Virus record (IMG/VR): IMGVR_UViG_3300021121_000019
Coordinates: 1-29,897 of that record
Source: a virus
Taxonomy: Duplodnaviria > Caudoviricetes
DNA length: 29,897 nt
Reading direction: 5' to 3' (one strand)
The notes under the pieces are model-generated. The model saw nothing but the letters and a program-made list of their open reading frames with translations, did not search any database and was not told where the DNA came from. Both the position numbers and the translations under genes were made by a program. Positions 1-8,009 of the stretch are shown piece by piece (position 1 is the first letter of the stretch; each line of letters starts with the position of its first letter).

Positions 1-202
1 TTATGGTTGAACCTATAGTAATTGGATAACCTGTTGCGGTTAATAATCCACCCGCACCAGAACCACCTGCCGCATAATAATTACTTGATGGCCCAACACC
101 ACCACCTCCAGCGACAACAAGATACTCTACCGTTGACACAGGGTAGTTCAGCCCATTGTATTGAGCAGAGACAAATCCACCAGGATGGGATTGAAAACTC
201 AT
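1..202 (-). CDS. Glycine-rich virion/tail protein, 5' part only (runs off the window)
   Basis: Not in the ORF track. Manual translation from ATG at 202: MSFQSHPGGFVSAQYNGLNYPVSTVEYLVVAGGGGVGPSSNYYAAGGSGAGGLLTATGYPITIGSTI. The VEYLVVAGGG...GGSGAGG pattern is typical of phage Gly-rich tail domains. Confidence 0.8.
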   Translation of the reverse strand, partial: MSFQSHPGGFVSAQYNGLNYPVSTVEYLVVAGGGGVGPSSNYYAAGGSGAGGLLTATGYPITIGSTI

Positions 203-203
203 T

Positions 204-596
204 TTAAGAAATCAGTTCGTAAGATACGGTATAAGACAATGCTGATGCAGTACCACTTGTGACTGTGATGGAGTTTCCATCAACCAAGTAAAAAGCTGTT
301 GTTTTGTCGCTCAAAATCAATGATGAATTTGGAGGAACAGAGATCTGATATGCCAAGCTTGACACCACAGAACCACCTGATGGAGCAGATCCTTGGGCTA
401 CAGAACCATTAGAGTAATACTGAAGCGTTGCGGTAGCCGCGCTCGATGTCAGGTTAGCAACAGTCACTTGGTCAATCTTGAACACTTGTGCGCTACCTGA
501 TGCATTTGGAAGAAGAACCACAGCACTAGTACCTGATGGCGTATAGCCAGTCGTGATGCCGTTAATGGTTGTGACGTTGACGATATTGACTGCCAT
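204..596 (-). CDS. Putative virion structural (tail-associated) protein
   Basis: 130-aa Ser/Thr/Val-rich ORF ending YTVSYELIS, AGGAG upstream, within the tail gene run. Confidence 0.7.
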   Translation of the reverse strand: MAVNIVNVTTINGITTGYTPSGTSAVVLLPNASGSAQVFKIDQVTVANLTSSAATATLQYYSNGSVAQGSAPSGGSVVSSLAYQISVPPNSSLILSDKTTAFYLVDGNSITVTSGTASALSYTVSYELIS

Positions 597-610
597 GATT
601 AACTCCTAAA

Positions 611-1534
611 TTAGAACCCAAAGATCATCGCCATTGCGATACTCTTACCTGTTGAAATACCTGCTGTGCCCCATGTAGGAACCGCACCTGAACCGCCTGA
701 TAGCAATGCTTGTCCTGATGTTCCATACTGACCATTGAAAGCCACAGCACCGCTTGTATTGATTGTCATGGCATCTGTTGCACTACCATTGATAACCAAG
801 TGAATTGCGTTTGATGTAGTTGTACCAAGAGCCAAGTCACCGCTTGTTGCAGTTAAATATGTTGCATTCGCTGCATTTAGAGAACCTGTACCACTGAATG
901 TGGATGAGTTGATACCAAAGTCACCGTAGTACGTTGTTGCAGTACCAAGGTTATTAGTAACAATAAAATCTGATGATGCGGATGTGCCAGAGTTGGTATT
1001 CTGAATAATTGCCTGAACATATGTGTTTGCACTTGCTTGTGCTGACATCACAATGTTGGTATCGCTAAATCCAAGTATGCCAGTAATCGCATTGATCGCT
1101 TGGAAATCTGTACCGTTATAGGCTACCAAAGCTGCTGCACCAGGAGGAATTGTTACCCCTGTACCACCAGATTTCTTGATGGTAATGGTGAATGGCGTAC
1201 TAGCCGTGGTAGTAGAGTTAATTACATAATAAACTTTACTGCTTGCAGGAGCGATGATGTTCCTGTTTGCTGTTCTAATACCTGTGCAATTCAATACCGC
1301 ATATTGAGCTACAGTTGAGTTCGTTGCAGTAGATGGAAATGTACTGGTTGTCGTGTTATTACCATTGGTAATTGACAACGTGATATCTGAGTCTTGCGTG
1401 ATATTGTTAGTACCAGCAACTGAAATATCGACAATAGATGTTAAGCCATAGTTAACATCATCGCCCCACACGCCACTTTCCGAGCCTGTTGTCGGCTGGA
1501 CTAGCCCCAATAGAGTTGTATTCGCAACTGTCAT
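611..1534 (-). CDS. Putative tail fibre/baseplate-like protein
   Basis: 307 aa; N-terminal LGLVQPTTGSESGVWGDDVN motif, Thr/Gly/Ser-rich body, C-terminal GKSIAMAMIFG typical of phage fibre proteins. Confidence 0.7.
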   Translation of the reverse strand: MTVANTTLLGLVQPTTGSESGVWGDDVNYGLTSIVDISVAGTNNITQDSDITLSITNGNNTTTSTFPSTATNSTVAQYAVLNCTGIRTANRNIIAPASSKVYYVINSTTTASTPFTITIKKSGGTGVTIPPGAAALVAYNGTDFQAINAITGILGFSDTNIVMSAQASANTYVQAIIQNTNSGTSASSDFIVTNNLGTATTYYGDFGINSSTFSGTGSLNAANATYLTATSGDLALGTTTSNAIHLVINGSATDAMTINTSGAVAFNGQYGTSGQALLSGGSGAVPTWGTAGISTGKSIAMAMIFGF

Positions 1535-1543
1535 TTAAATCCC

Positions 1544-2386
1544 CTATGTTGAAATAATAGTCCAATTGGGTGATTGGCTATCAACGACCACTGTCCAATT
1601 CGGTGTCTGCGTGTCCCCTATATTCTGCCACGAAGGAGATTGACTGTCATCAATTAATTCCCACAATTTTCTAGCAAAAAGAGAGTCTGTCGCAGTCACA
1701 CTTTCTGTCAAACTAACAAAGAAAATACTTCCAGCAGGGCTTACCACATCCGCTAAAGATACTGTCTCTGTTACTGTTACAAACTGCGTTGCCGTAGTCG
1801 TAACTGAATCCGTTACCGTAGCAGTCTCTGAAACATTAACCGTCATGGTTAACAAACCTGTCTCAGATTCCGTTGCCGTTATCACCTCAGTTACCGATAC
1901 ATTAAATGCTCCACCTGGAACCACTGTATCCGTAACCGTTGCTGTTTCCGTTACCAGTCCAACAAACGTAAATCCACCTGCTTGGCTTGAAGTTACCGTA
2001 GCCGTTTCCGTTACCGATGCCACCGCATTCAAAGTTACCGATTCAGAATCCGTTACCGTAGCAGTTTCACTAACTGATACTGGCATTGAATTGCCTACAC
2101 TTACAGAATCCGTTACCGTATCAGTCTCAGAAACAGTATTGTTAAAACTAACTATGCCCGTCTCAGAATCTGTAACCGTAGCAGTTTCGGTAATCGTTAC
2201 AGCACTTATGGCCGTATACGACTCTGAATCAGTTACGCTAGGCGTTCCACCCCAAACTCCACTACCCCAGGTACTAGCATTCCAATACCCATTGTTTAAG
2301 CTCTCAACAAGCGTAGGATTAAAGACGGATCCGCCCCAAACGGCTTGGCCCCAATTACCAGAACCCCATCCGCCTGTATCCGCCAT
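1544..2386 (-). CDS. Repetitive acidic Thr/Val-rich virion protein (20-aa repeats, Trp-rich caps)
   Basis: About 9 repeats of V[ST]ETATVTDS at 20-aa spacing; WG repeats at the N-terminus and 11-aa Trp repeats at the C-terminus. Confidence 0.75.
   Translation of the reverse strand: MADTGGWGSGNWGQAVWGGSVFNPTLVESLNNGYWNASTWGSGVWGGTPSVTDSESYTAISAVTITETATVTDSETGIVSFNNTVSETDTVTDSVSVGNSMPVSVSETATVTDSESVTLNAVASVTETATVTSSQAGGFTFVGLVTETATVTDTVVPGGAFNVSVTEVITATESETGLLTMTVNVSETATVTDSVTTTATQFVTVTETVSLADVVSPAGSIFFVSLTESVTATDSLFARKLWELIDDSQSPSWQNIGDTQTPNWTVVVDSQSPNWTIIST
1690..2240. repeat. Degenerate 60-nt coding tandem repeat
   Basis: An aatccgttaccgtagc-like word recurs in the same column of consecutive 60-nt lines 1801-2221. 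Confidence 0.85.
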
Positions 2387-2387
2387 A

Positions 2388-2573
2388 TCATACTGCTGCT
2401 AATTGTGACTCCTGAAACCATCTGTTTTGTACCACACCATTCTCGTCAGTCCAAGAAATGAGGTAAGAGATGTTTCCAGAAGCATCCATTTGCAAAGCCT
2501 CTACAGGGCCAGTAGGATCAACAGGCGCAGGTACAACTTTTACGTTTTCACCGATTGTAAATTTTGCTGCCAT
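2388..2573 (-). CDS. Small SH3-like protein, YodC/DUF2158-like
   Basis: 61 aa with pattern KFTIGENVKV...ISWTDENG...RWFQESQL, resembling the F..GD.V...W.......F.E..L pattern; AAGGA upstream. Confidence 0.55.
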   Translation of the reverse strand: MAAKFTIGENVKVVPAPVDPTGPVEALQMDASGNISYLISWTDENGVVQNRWFQESQLAAV

Positions 2574-2582
2574 GATTAATCC

Positions 2583-3167
2583 TTAGCAATTAGCGGTATA
2601 GGTTACATTTAGTGTGTCACCGTTCAATACTGAACGATTTGTGGCAAAGCTACCAGCAGAATACAAAGTACCTGTTGTTCCGCCTTTTGTGCTATTGGTT
2701 ACCAAGAATGCACCAGCAATTGTGCCAGTCGCATTGATATTGAATGCAGTAGCTGATGTGGAAATTGTTCCAGTACCAGCAGAACCTGCACCGCCACCAG
2801 AAGCAGATGCTGACCCAAATGAAGCAGCAGGACGGGTAGAGTTAGAATAACCAGTATTCTCAGTCCATCCAGAGTGTGATGCCATCGTGTCTGAAGCATT
2901 ATAAGTAGGGGATGAACCGCCATCTACCAGACCCAAATACCATGCAGCAGTATATGTAGTGCCAGCAAAATACTTGTTCAAAAGGTCTGTTTTACCTACA
3001 TTGACCACTAAATTGGGGACATTTTCTTCCCATCTAACAATGCCATCAGCACCGATACAAGACACAGTATAAACACCCGTGACCTTCATATCTTCAATAA
3101 CATTGCTATTTTGGGTGACGGATGCGCCCAATTGTTCTGTTGCATTAATCTTTTCTTTGTGATCCAT
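2583..3167 (-). CDS. Putative virion structural protein
   Basis: 194 aa; RWEE..PNLVVNVGK...WYLGL...GTLYSAGSF...GDTLNVTY pattern common in phage tail modules; AGGAG RBS. Confidence 0.7.
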   Translation of the reverse strand: MDHKEKINATEQLGASVTQNSNVIEDMKVTGVYTVSCIGADGIVRWEENVPNLVVNVGKTDLLNKYFAGTTYTAAWYLGLVDGGSSPTYNASDTMASHSGWTENTGYSNSTRPAASFGSASASGGGAGSAGTGTISTSATAFNINATGTIAGAFLVTNSTKGGTTGTLYSAGSFATNRSVLNGDTLNVTYTANC

Positions 3168-3175
3168 GATGGCTC

Positions 3176-3592
3176 CTAATTAGAACTGCGAATTAATGCC
3201 GTGTTATACGCATTCACAGGCATTGTAATGGTGAAATTTAACATTGTCTTGTCTGATCCAAAGTCGATCACACAAATGGATTTGTTGCCCTTGCTTACGT
3301 TATAAAGCAAAGCACATCGAGCAGTAATGACTGAATTAGTCCACACCACATTGTTGAAATTAACATAGGCCGTATAGCCATAAGTATTGACTGTAGCCCC
3401 AGTTACCTGGTTTCCACCTGCCGTATAGCCTGTACCAGTAACTTCATTTGATGAAGTATATGCAGTTGTTGACGCATTGATATTGGCATTACCAGTATAC
3501 AAAGCCATGTACAGTGTATCCGTCAAAAGGTTATGCACCCCTTGATAGAGCTCCGCCTTAAAGGAAGTGGTTTGAGATTGAACTATGCTCAT
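3176..3592 (-). CDS. Putative tail structural protein
   Basis: 138 aa; TSFKAEL...ALYT...NEVTGTGYTAGG...IDFGSDKT motif; ATGA overlap with the upstream gene. Confidence 0.75.
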   Translation of the reverse strand: MSIVQSQTTSFKAELYQGVHNLLTDTLYMALYTGNANINASTTAYTSSNEVTGTGYTAGGNQVTGATVNTYGYTAYVNFNNVVWTNSVITARCALLYNVSKGNKSICVIDFGSDKTMLNFTITMPVNAYNTALIRSSN

Positions 3593-4494
3593 GCGACTTG
3601 TGTCCTTACTTGACCATCTCGATAAGCATCCATACGCAGTTTGCCATCTCCCAAGTTCTTGAGCAACGCAATAGACTGGGTATAACGATCTTTGTACAAA
3701 GCCAACATACTGTCTTCACCTTTGATATACGTTATGGCTTCCATCAACGTGCCATTCAACAAAGCAGAATCAAAATTATCACCAAGCCATGTCTCACCGT
3801 TGGGGTTGGTAATTGAAGTTACTGTTAACGCAAACCCTGTACCAGTCGCAAAAGATGCAGATAGAACATCTCCAACTGCATAGTAGCAACCGTTTGTAAT
3901 CATTGTTACCGAGCTTACAATCCCGCCTGAAACGACAATAGTGGCAGTAGCACTGCTGCCAGTACCGCCAGTAAGAGCAACATTGTAGTAAGTACCATTT
4001 GTGTATCCAGATCCAACATTACTAATCGTAGTCGTGCCAATTGCCGCCTGAATAATAGATGTTGGGTAATAGTAATAATGCAACTCAGCGTTGTACGCCA
4101 TGTTAGGCGTAGGCCCAATGATGAATGTCAACTCTGACTCATTAGAAGACTGTGGCCCAAAAATCGCATAGTGCTTAGGCTGACCCTGAACACTTGGATT
4201 GGGATACGCCTCACGAATGAAGTTAACATCTTTATTCAATAAGTAAAGGTAGTTACCAGTAGAGCCATCTACAGGATAAACTGCTAGTGAATAAACAGCT
4301 AAAAAATCACTTGGTGCAGATAAATATTGATTGCCACTCGTCAAAGTACCAGTCACATTCCTACGCAAACTAGGCAACTGCACCGTGTTATAGATGCGTT
4401 GCTCGCATTGCTCAATCATGCGATTGAGGTCAACTGTAGGGAAGTTATTCTCTACATAAGCATTTACAGCAGTGACTAGTTCGCTATAGTACAT
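3589..4494 (-). CDS. Putative head-tail adaptor/tail tubular protein with inserted Gly/Thr-rich domain
   Basis: N-terminal YSELV..V..YVEN...IEQCEQRIY, central PKHYA...GPTP...ELHYYYYP, C-terminal TWLGDNFDSALL...DAYRDG. A low-complexity segment lies at about 3805-4050. Confidence 0.65.
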   Translation of the reverse strand: MYYSELVTAVNAYVENNFPTVDLNRMIEQCEQRIYNTVQLPSLRRNVTGTLTSGNQYLSAPSDFLAVYSLAVYPVDGSTGNYLYLLNKDVNFIREAYPNPSVQGQPKHYAIFGPQSSNESELTFIIGPTPNMAYNAELHYYYYPTSIIQAAIGTTTISNVGSGYTNGTYYNVALTGGTGSSATATIVVSGGIVSSVTMITNGCYYAVGDVLSASFATGTGFALTVTSITNPNGETWLGDNFDSALLNGTLMEAITYIKGEDSMLALYKDRYTQSIALLKNLGDGKLRMDAYRDGQVRTQVA

Positions 4495-4495
4495 A

Positions 4496-4816
4496 TTAAG
4501 CCATTGGGCCTCGTGCTATTCTGCCCTTCTCAGCAGCGCCATTACCTCTGGTTTCTTCACCAGTAGTCTTGATATCGTCCATGTTTCCAATAGAAACACC
4601 ACCATTCAATGGTGTCCAGTTGTGGCGAGTAGGCATCTTTACTCCCAGGCCAATATCAGGATGGTCAGGATTCTGCTCAATAGCCTCTACACCATAACGC
4701 TTGTCATTCATGTGATGGGGAGCAGCATACTTAGCCGCAGTGTCGTTATAAACCTGCTTTGGCTTGTGAATAGCTGGGCTATTCTTCTTTGTAGGTTTGA
4801 TTTGTATAGGCATCAT
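4496..4816 (-). CDS. Small basic protein with C-terminal RGNGAAEKG motif
   Basis: 106-aa ORF coupled to neighbours by stop/start overlap; shares its terminal motif with other genes in the cluster. Confidence 0.7.
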   Translation of the reverse strand: MMPIQIKPTKKNSPAIHKPKQVYNDTAAKYAAPHHMNDKRYGVEAIEQNPDHPDIGLGVKMPTRHNWTPLNGGVSIGNMDDIKTTGEETRGNGAAEKGRIARGPMA

Positions 4817-5010
4817 CCACCTCTTTGATTGTTAGCTCTGGCCATATTACGACCAACTGCTTTCATTGATTCACCAGATACACCTGCCAAACCACCCTTC
4901 TTCAACTTAGAAAGATTGGTGCGCTTACCAGGATGCTCTTGTTTATCGTGCATCTTGAAAGCTTTCTTAATCAGCTTCTTGTCTTCTGCGATATCGTCAT
5001 GCTTAGCCAT
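4813..5010 (-). CDS. Small Lys-rich protein (LKKGG motif)
   Basis: 65 aa, GGGAG RBS, highly basic. Confidence 0.75.
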   Translation of the reverse strand: MAKHDDIAEDKKLIKKAFKMHDKQEHPGKRTNLSKLKKGGLAGVSGESMKAVGRNMARANNQRGG

Positions 5011-5012
5011 GT

Positions 5013-5402
5013 TTAACTCCCTGTAATTGTTACCGTACCAACTGCTGTTGTTGCCACCAAATAATTAGGAGTCAACACCGTATCAAAACCACTAGATCCA
5101 CCGATTGGATTCCATCCCCACTGAGTATCCCTAGATCCACCAGAAGGATATCCATTTACATCTAAGCCAGAAGTGTCATAAGACAAGTCTGGTCTAGGTT
5201 GTCTAACCGCCTGCGGATCATCAACTGGATACATACCCAATTGCAACTGCGGGTGATCTGGATCCCAACACTCAGGACAAACTTTCAGTTGATATAGTTT
5301 AGTCTTAATGACCTCCATTTTCAACTGTTTTAGCTTGTATCTTTGGCCACATCGATCGCACTCGGCAATCGAATACTTGCCAGATGCGAAACGGTTACCC
5401 AC
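5013..5402 (-). CDS. Zinc-ribbon (CxxC...CxxC) protein in the virion module
   Basis: CDRC...CPEC, followed by WDPDHPQL...DPQAVRQPRP. Confidence 0.75.
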   Translation of the reverse strand: MGNRFASGKYSIAECDRCGQRYKLKQLKMEVIKTKLYQLKVCPECWDPDHPQLQLGMYPVDDPQAVRQPRPDLSYDTSGLDVNGYPSGGSRDTQWGWNPIGGSSGFDTVLTPNYLVATTAVGTVTITGS

Positions 5403-6361
5403 TACACGCCCCCGCCAATAAACATCTGTCTTGGCACAAACCTAATTGCAGCCTTTTCTCTATCCTCACCAGCCGCAAGATTAAACTGCTCGTCATATTG
5501 ACCCTTGAGCATCTCAATCCTTTGCATAAGCTCAGGCGTTTTAGTGGCAATATGGTAAGCCAAACCAGCAGCGGCAGCAGGCAAAAACCTGTAGTTCATG
5601 TCCTGTGTCTGGATACCTGATCCAGTATCCTGTACACGCCTCATTCTCCAATACACAAATGTGTATGTGGTCGATCCATCTGGTGTTGGCCAGACTGTAA
5701 TCGCTGGGATCTGAGGGATATAAATGGGTGTGCCTGATCCTGCGGTATAGGACTGAGCAGTCGTATTGTTCTGTGCTCTAAAACAATTCTGCAAACTATT
5801 GCCAGAAATGCATGAGTAGTAAACAATCTCGCCAGAAGTAGACCCCAACTGGATATAGCCCTGAGCAGCCATTCCAACAGTGCTAGAAAGCACGATTGTG
5901 GTATCTGTAGTACCTATGCTAGTCGCAAGAGTAACGGCAGTACTATTGACCAGTAAAGGATTGGTTTCTGTCGAATTCCTCTGCACCAAAACCTGAATTG
6001 GCCTGGCTTGAGTCAGCTTGTTTGGAATAGTCGCATATGTAGGCATACTAATCCGGGTAATATTCAAGTCAGCCTGATTGCTTGATGAGCCCTGATTTGT
6101 ACGAATCACATGATCCATCAAGTCAATAGTATCAGCAGGAATTGGGTAGGTGTTCAAACCTTGCACAAACGTAATAGACTGTTGCTGAATCGTCCACATA
6201 TTGATACCACGATTCTGCCACTCTATCGTCATCAAGTTCATTGACCTGCGAGCAGTACGCAAGTCATAACCAGAACGCATTTCACGACCGGCACGCTCCC
6301 ACGCTTCCTCGGCTAACTCCGTGAAGTCTAGGTCAAAGCCAGTTGTGCCTGTTGTGCTCAT
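5402..6361 (-). CDS. Putative head-tail connector/adaptor with inserted beta domain
   Basis: EEAWERAG...RTARRSMNLM..EWQNRGINMWT N-terminus, VWPTPD and RFLP..AAGLAY C-terminal part; Thr-rich segment at about 5720-5975. Confidence 0.65.
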   Translation of the reverse strand: MSTTGTTGFDLDFTELAEEAWERAGREMRSGYDLRTARRSMNLMTIEWQNRGINMWTIQQQSITFVQGLNTYPIPADTIDLMDHVIRTNQGSSSNQADLNITRISMPTYATIPNKLTQARPIQVLVQRNSTETNPLLVNSTAVTLATSIGTTDTTIVLSSTVGMAAQGYIQLGSTSGEIVYYSCISGNSLQNCFRAQNNTTAQSYTAGSGTPIYIPQIPAITVWPTPDGSTTYTFVYWRMRRVQDTGSGIQTQDMNYRFLPAAAAGLAYHIATKTPELMQRIEMLKGQYDEQFNLAAGEDREKAAIRFVPRQMFIGGGV

Positions 6362-6654
6362 TTAACTTCTTCTGGCGCTACGTCATCAGGGTGAGTAAAC
6401 TGCTCGTGTGGCTCATCAGCTAAAAAAGCAGCTACCGCTTCTGGCGTTTCAACAAGAGGATCAGGAGTAGGATCAGCGACAACAGGTGCAGGAGTCTCAA
6501 TGGGTGCAACATTAAGATTACTTTCCAAACCATCAAGAATGTCAGAAAGTCTATCATCAACATGGCCATTTGACATTAGCTGATGTATTGCTCTGGCATT
6601 CAACTCTTCAATCAAGAATTCAATGTTATCTTGGATATAGCTAGGTAAGTTCAT
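6358..6654 (-). CDS. Acidic hypothetical protein with Pro-rich tail
   Basis: 98-aa ORF with ATGA overlaps on both sides. Confidence 0.65.
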   Translation of the reverse strand: MNLPSYIQDNIEFLIEELNARAIHQLMSNGHVDDRLSDILDGLESNLNVAPIETPAPVVADPTPDPLVETPEAVAAFLADEPHEQFTHPDDVAPEEVK

Positions 6655-6899
6655 TTTGAAGCCCTCATGTTGTCGATTAAATTTGGATAGACTCTACCTG
6701 CCGCCTTAGCCATCGCCTTTGCTTTAGCCTTCTTAGCAGAACTTAATTTCTTGTGCTTCTTAGCTGGATTGGGTGTATCCCATACTTCACCGCCTTTTTT
6801 GTAAAGCGATACGTCATCAGGATGATCCTTACGATGAATAGTCTTTCTTTTAGGCATCTTAGAGGGGCTCATTGCCCCCATGCCTCGACTGGGCATCAT
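6651..6899 (-). CDS. Small Lys-rich protein (SRGMGA, YKKGG, YPNLIDNM motifs)
   Basis: 82-aa basic ORF, translationally coupled. Confidence 0.75.
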   Translation of the reverse strand: MMPSRGMGAMSPSKMPKRKTIHRKDHPDDVSLYKKGGEVWDTPNPAKKHKKLSSAKKAKAKAMAKAAGRVYPNLIDNMRASK

Positions 6900-7753
6900 A
6901 GGTATCTGCCTTTCGTATAACCTTTAGTGGCTATACCATCTCCCCTTCCAGCCTTAGCTTTAGCCATCTCTTTCTTGACATGGCCACCTTTTTTCATGCC
7001 AAGCTTGAGCTGTGGATTTGCCAACTCTGTTTGTGCCGGCCCAATTACTCTTCTGCCATTGGTTTCCAAGCGCTTTAAAGCGGGAGCAACTTCCTTTGCC
7101 AACTCTACAGCACCTCTTCTTGCAGCTAAGTTTTTAGCAGCATTGGCAACCATTTTGAGTGCGCCACCGCCAGGAACCATTGCATCCAACATCTGTTGGG
7201 TTTTTTCTGGACTTGGTTTGCTCTCATTAATCAAATCTCTAGCCGACTTTTTCATAGTAGGCAAAGGAGAATTGTCTTCCCATTCACCCTTCATTCTAGG
7301 AACTGGCGTGTTATCTTCCCACTCACTTGTCTTCTTAGAAGATGCTTTTGGAGTTTCTTTAGCGGGCGCAGCTTTAGCCGCGGCTTTAGTGGGCTTTCTA
7401 GCTTCTGTTTCACCCTTGCGAGTCAAACCTTTTTGAGCATTCAAATAATCTCTAAGATTATCGTATCCAGAGTCAGCCAATTGTTTCTTGGTAACAATAG
7501 GCGCTCTAGGAGCAGGCGTAGGCATAGAGTTTTGCTGAATAGGTGCTTGTGGCCCCATATCAGTAGGAGCAACGGGAGCCGATCCCATGTTTGAGTAAGC
7601 CGCACCCATTGCTTGGTTTTGTTGATCCATAGCATTTTGTGCTGCCATTGGATCGCCACCACCCATTGGTTGTGCGTCTATACCGTAACCATCTCCACCG
7701 TCATCAACAACTGGATCGCCAGCTGCGAATCTTTTAACTTTATGCCTAGCCAT
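6896..7753 (-). CDS. Low-complexity putative internal virion protein (MKKGG; C-terminal RGDGIATKGYTKG)
   Basis: 285 aa, AGGAG RBS, Pro/Ala/Lys/Met-rich, duplicated EWEDN.P.P.MK segment. Confidence 0.7.
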   Translation of the reverse strand: MARHKVKRFAAGDPVVDDGGDGYGIDAQPMGGGDPMAAQNAMDQQNQAMGAAYSNMGSAPVAPTDMGPQAPIQQNSMPTPAPRAPIVTKKQLADSGYDNLRDYLNAQKGLTRKGETEARKPTKAAAKAAPAKETPKASSKKTSEWEDNTPVPRMKGEWEDNSPLPTMKKSARDLINESKPSPEKTQQMLDAMVPGGGALKMVANAAKNLAARRGAVELAKEVAPALKRLETNGRRVIGPAQTELANPQLKLGMKKGGHVKKEMAKAKAGRGDGIATKGYTKGRYL

Positions 7754-7762
7754 TTTTAGCTC

Positions 7763-7999
7763 CTACTTGTGGTGCTTGTGGTGTACCTTACCACCATGTG
7801 CCATATGCTTTTGATGCTTGTGCAAATGCTCAATTACATCGTTGTGCATATGGTGTCCAGCAGCGTGCTCTTTAATGTGATGAGAGTGATGCACATGGCC
7901 ACCAGCCTTGTGTTCTTTCTCAACCATTTCATGGTGCATCTCATGGTGATGAGGATGCTCGTGACCATGAGGATGAATAGGTGCGTGATGATGTTTCAT
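7763..7999 (-). CDS. Histidine-rich small protein (31 of 78 aa His)
   Basis: Start reassigned to ATG at 7999 because AGGAG lies 6 nt upstream; the ORF fills the gap between neighbours; His counted by hand. Confidence 0.8.
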   Translation of the reverse strand: MKHHHAPIHPHGHEHPHHHEMHHEMVEKEHKAGGHVHHSHHIKEHAAGHHMHNDVIEHLHKHQKHMAHGGKVHHKHHK

Positions 8000-8009
8000 A
8001 TTCTGCTCC

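Noticed and set aside
60-120. Apparent frameshift in the Gly-rich gene at the GGT run
   Set aside because: Recounting gives GGA GGT GGT GGT GTT GGG in frame; the ORF is intact and simply runs off the window.
1690-2240. 60-nt periodic repeat as a CRISPR array or DGR element
   Set aside because: Repeats are degenerate at synonymous positions and in frame within a CDS; no cas or reverse transcriptase genes are visible.
1845-2402. 185-aa plus-strand ORF with VSVT repeats
   Set aside because: Antisense shadow of the repetitive gene; Thr/Val codons mirror each other and give few reverse stops.
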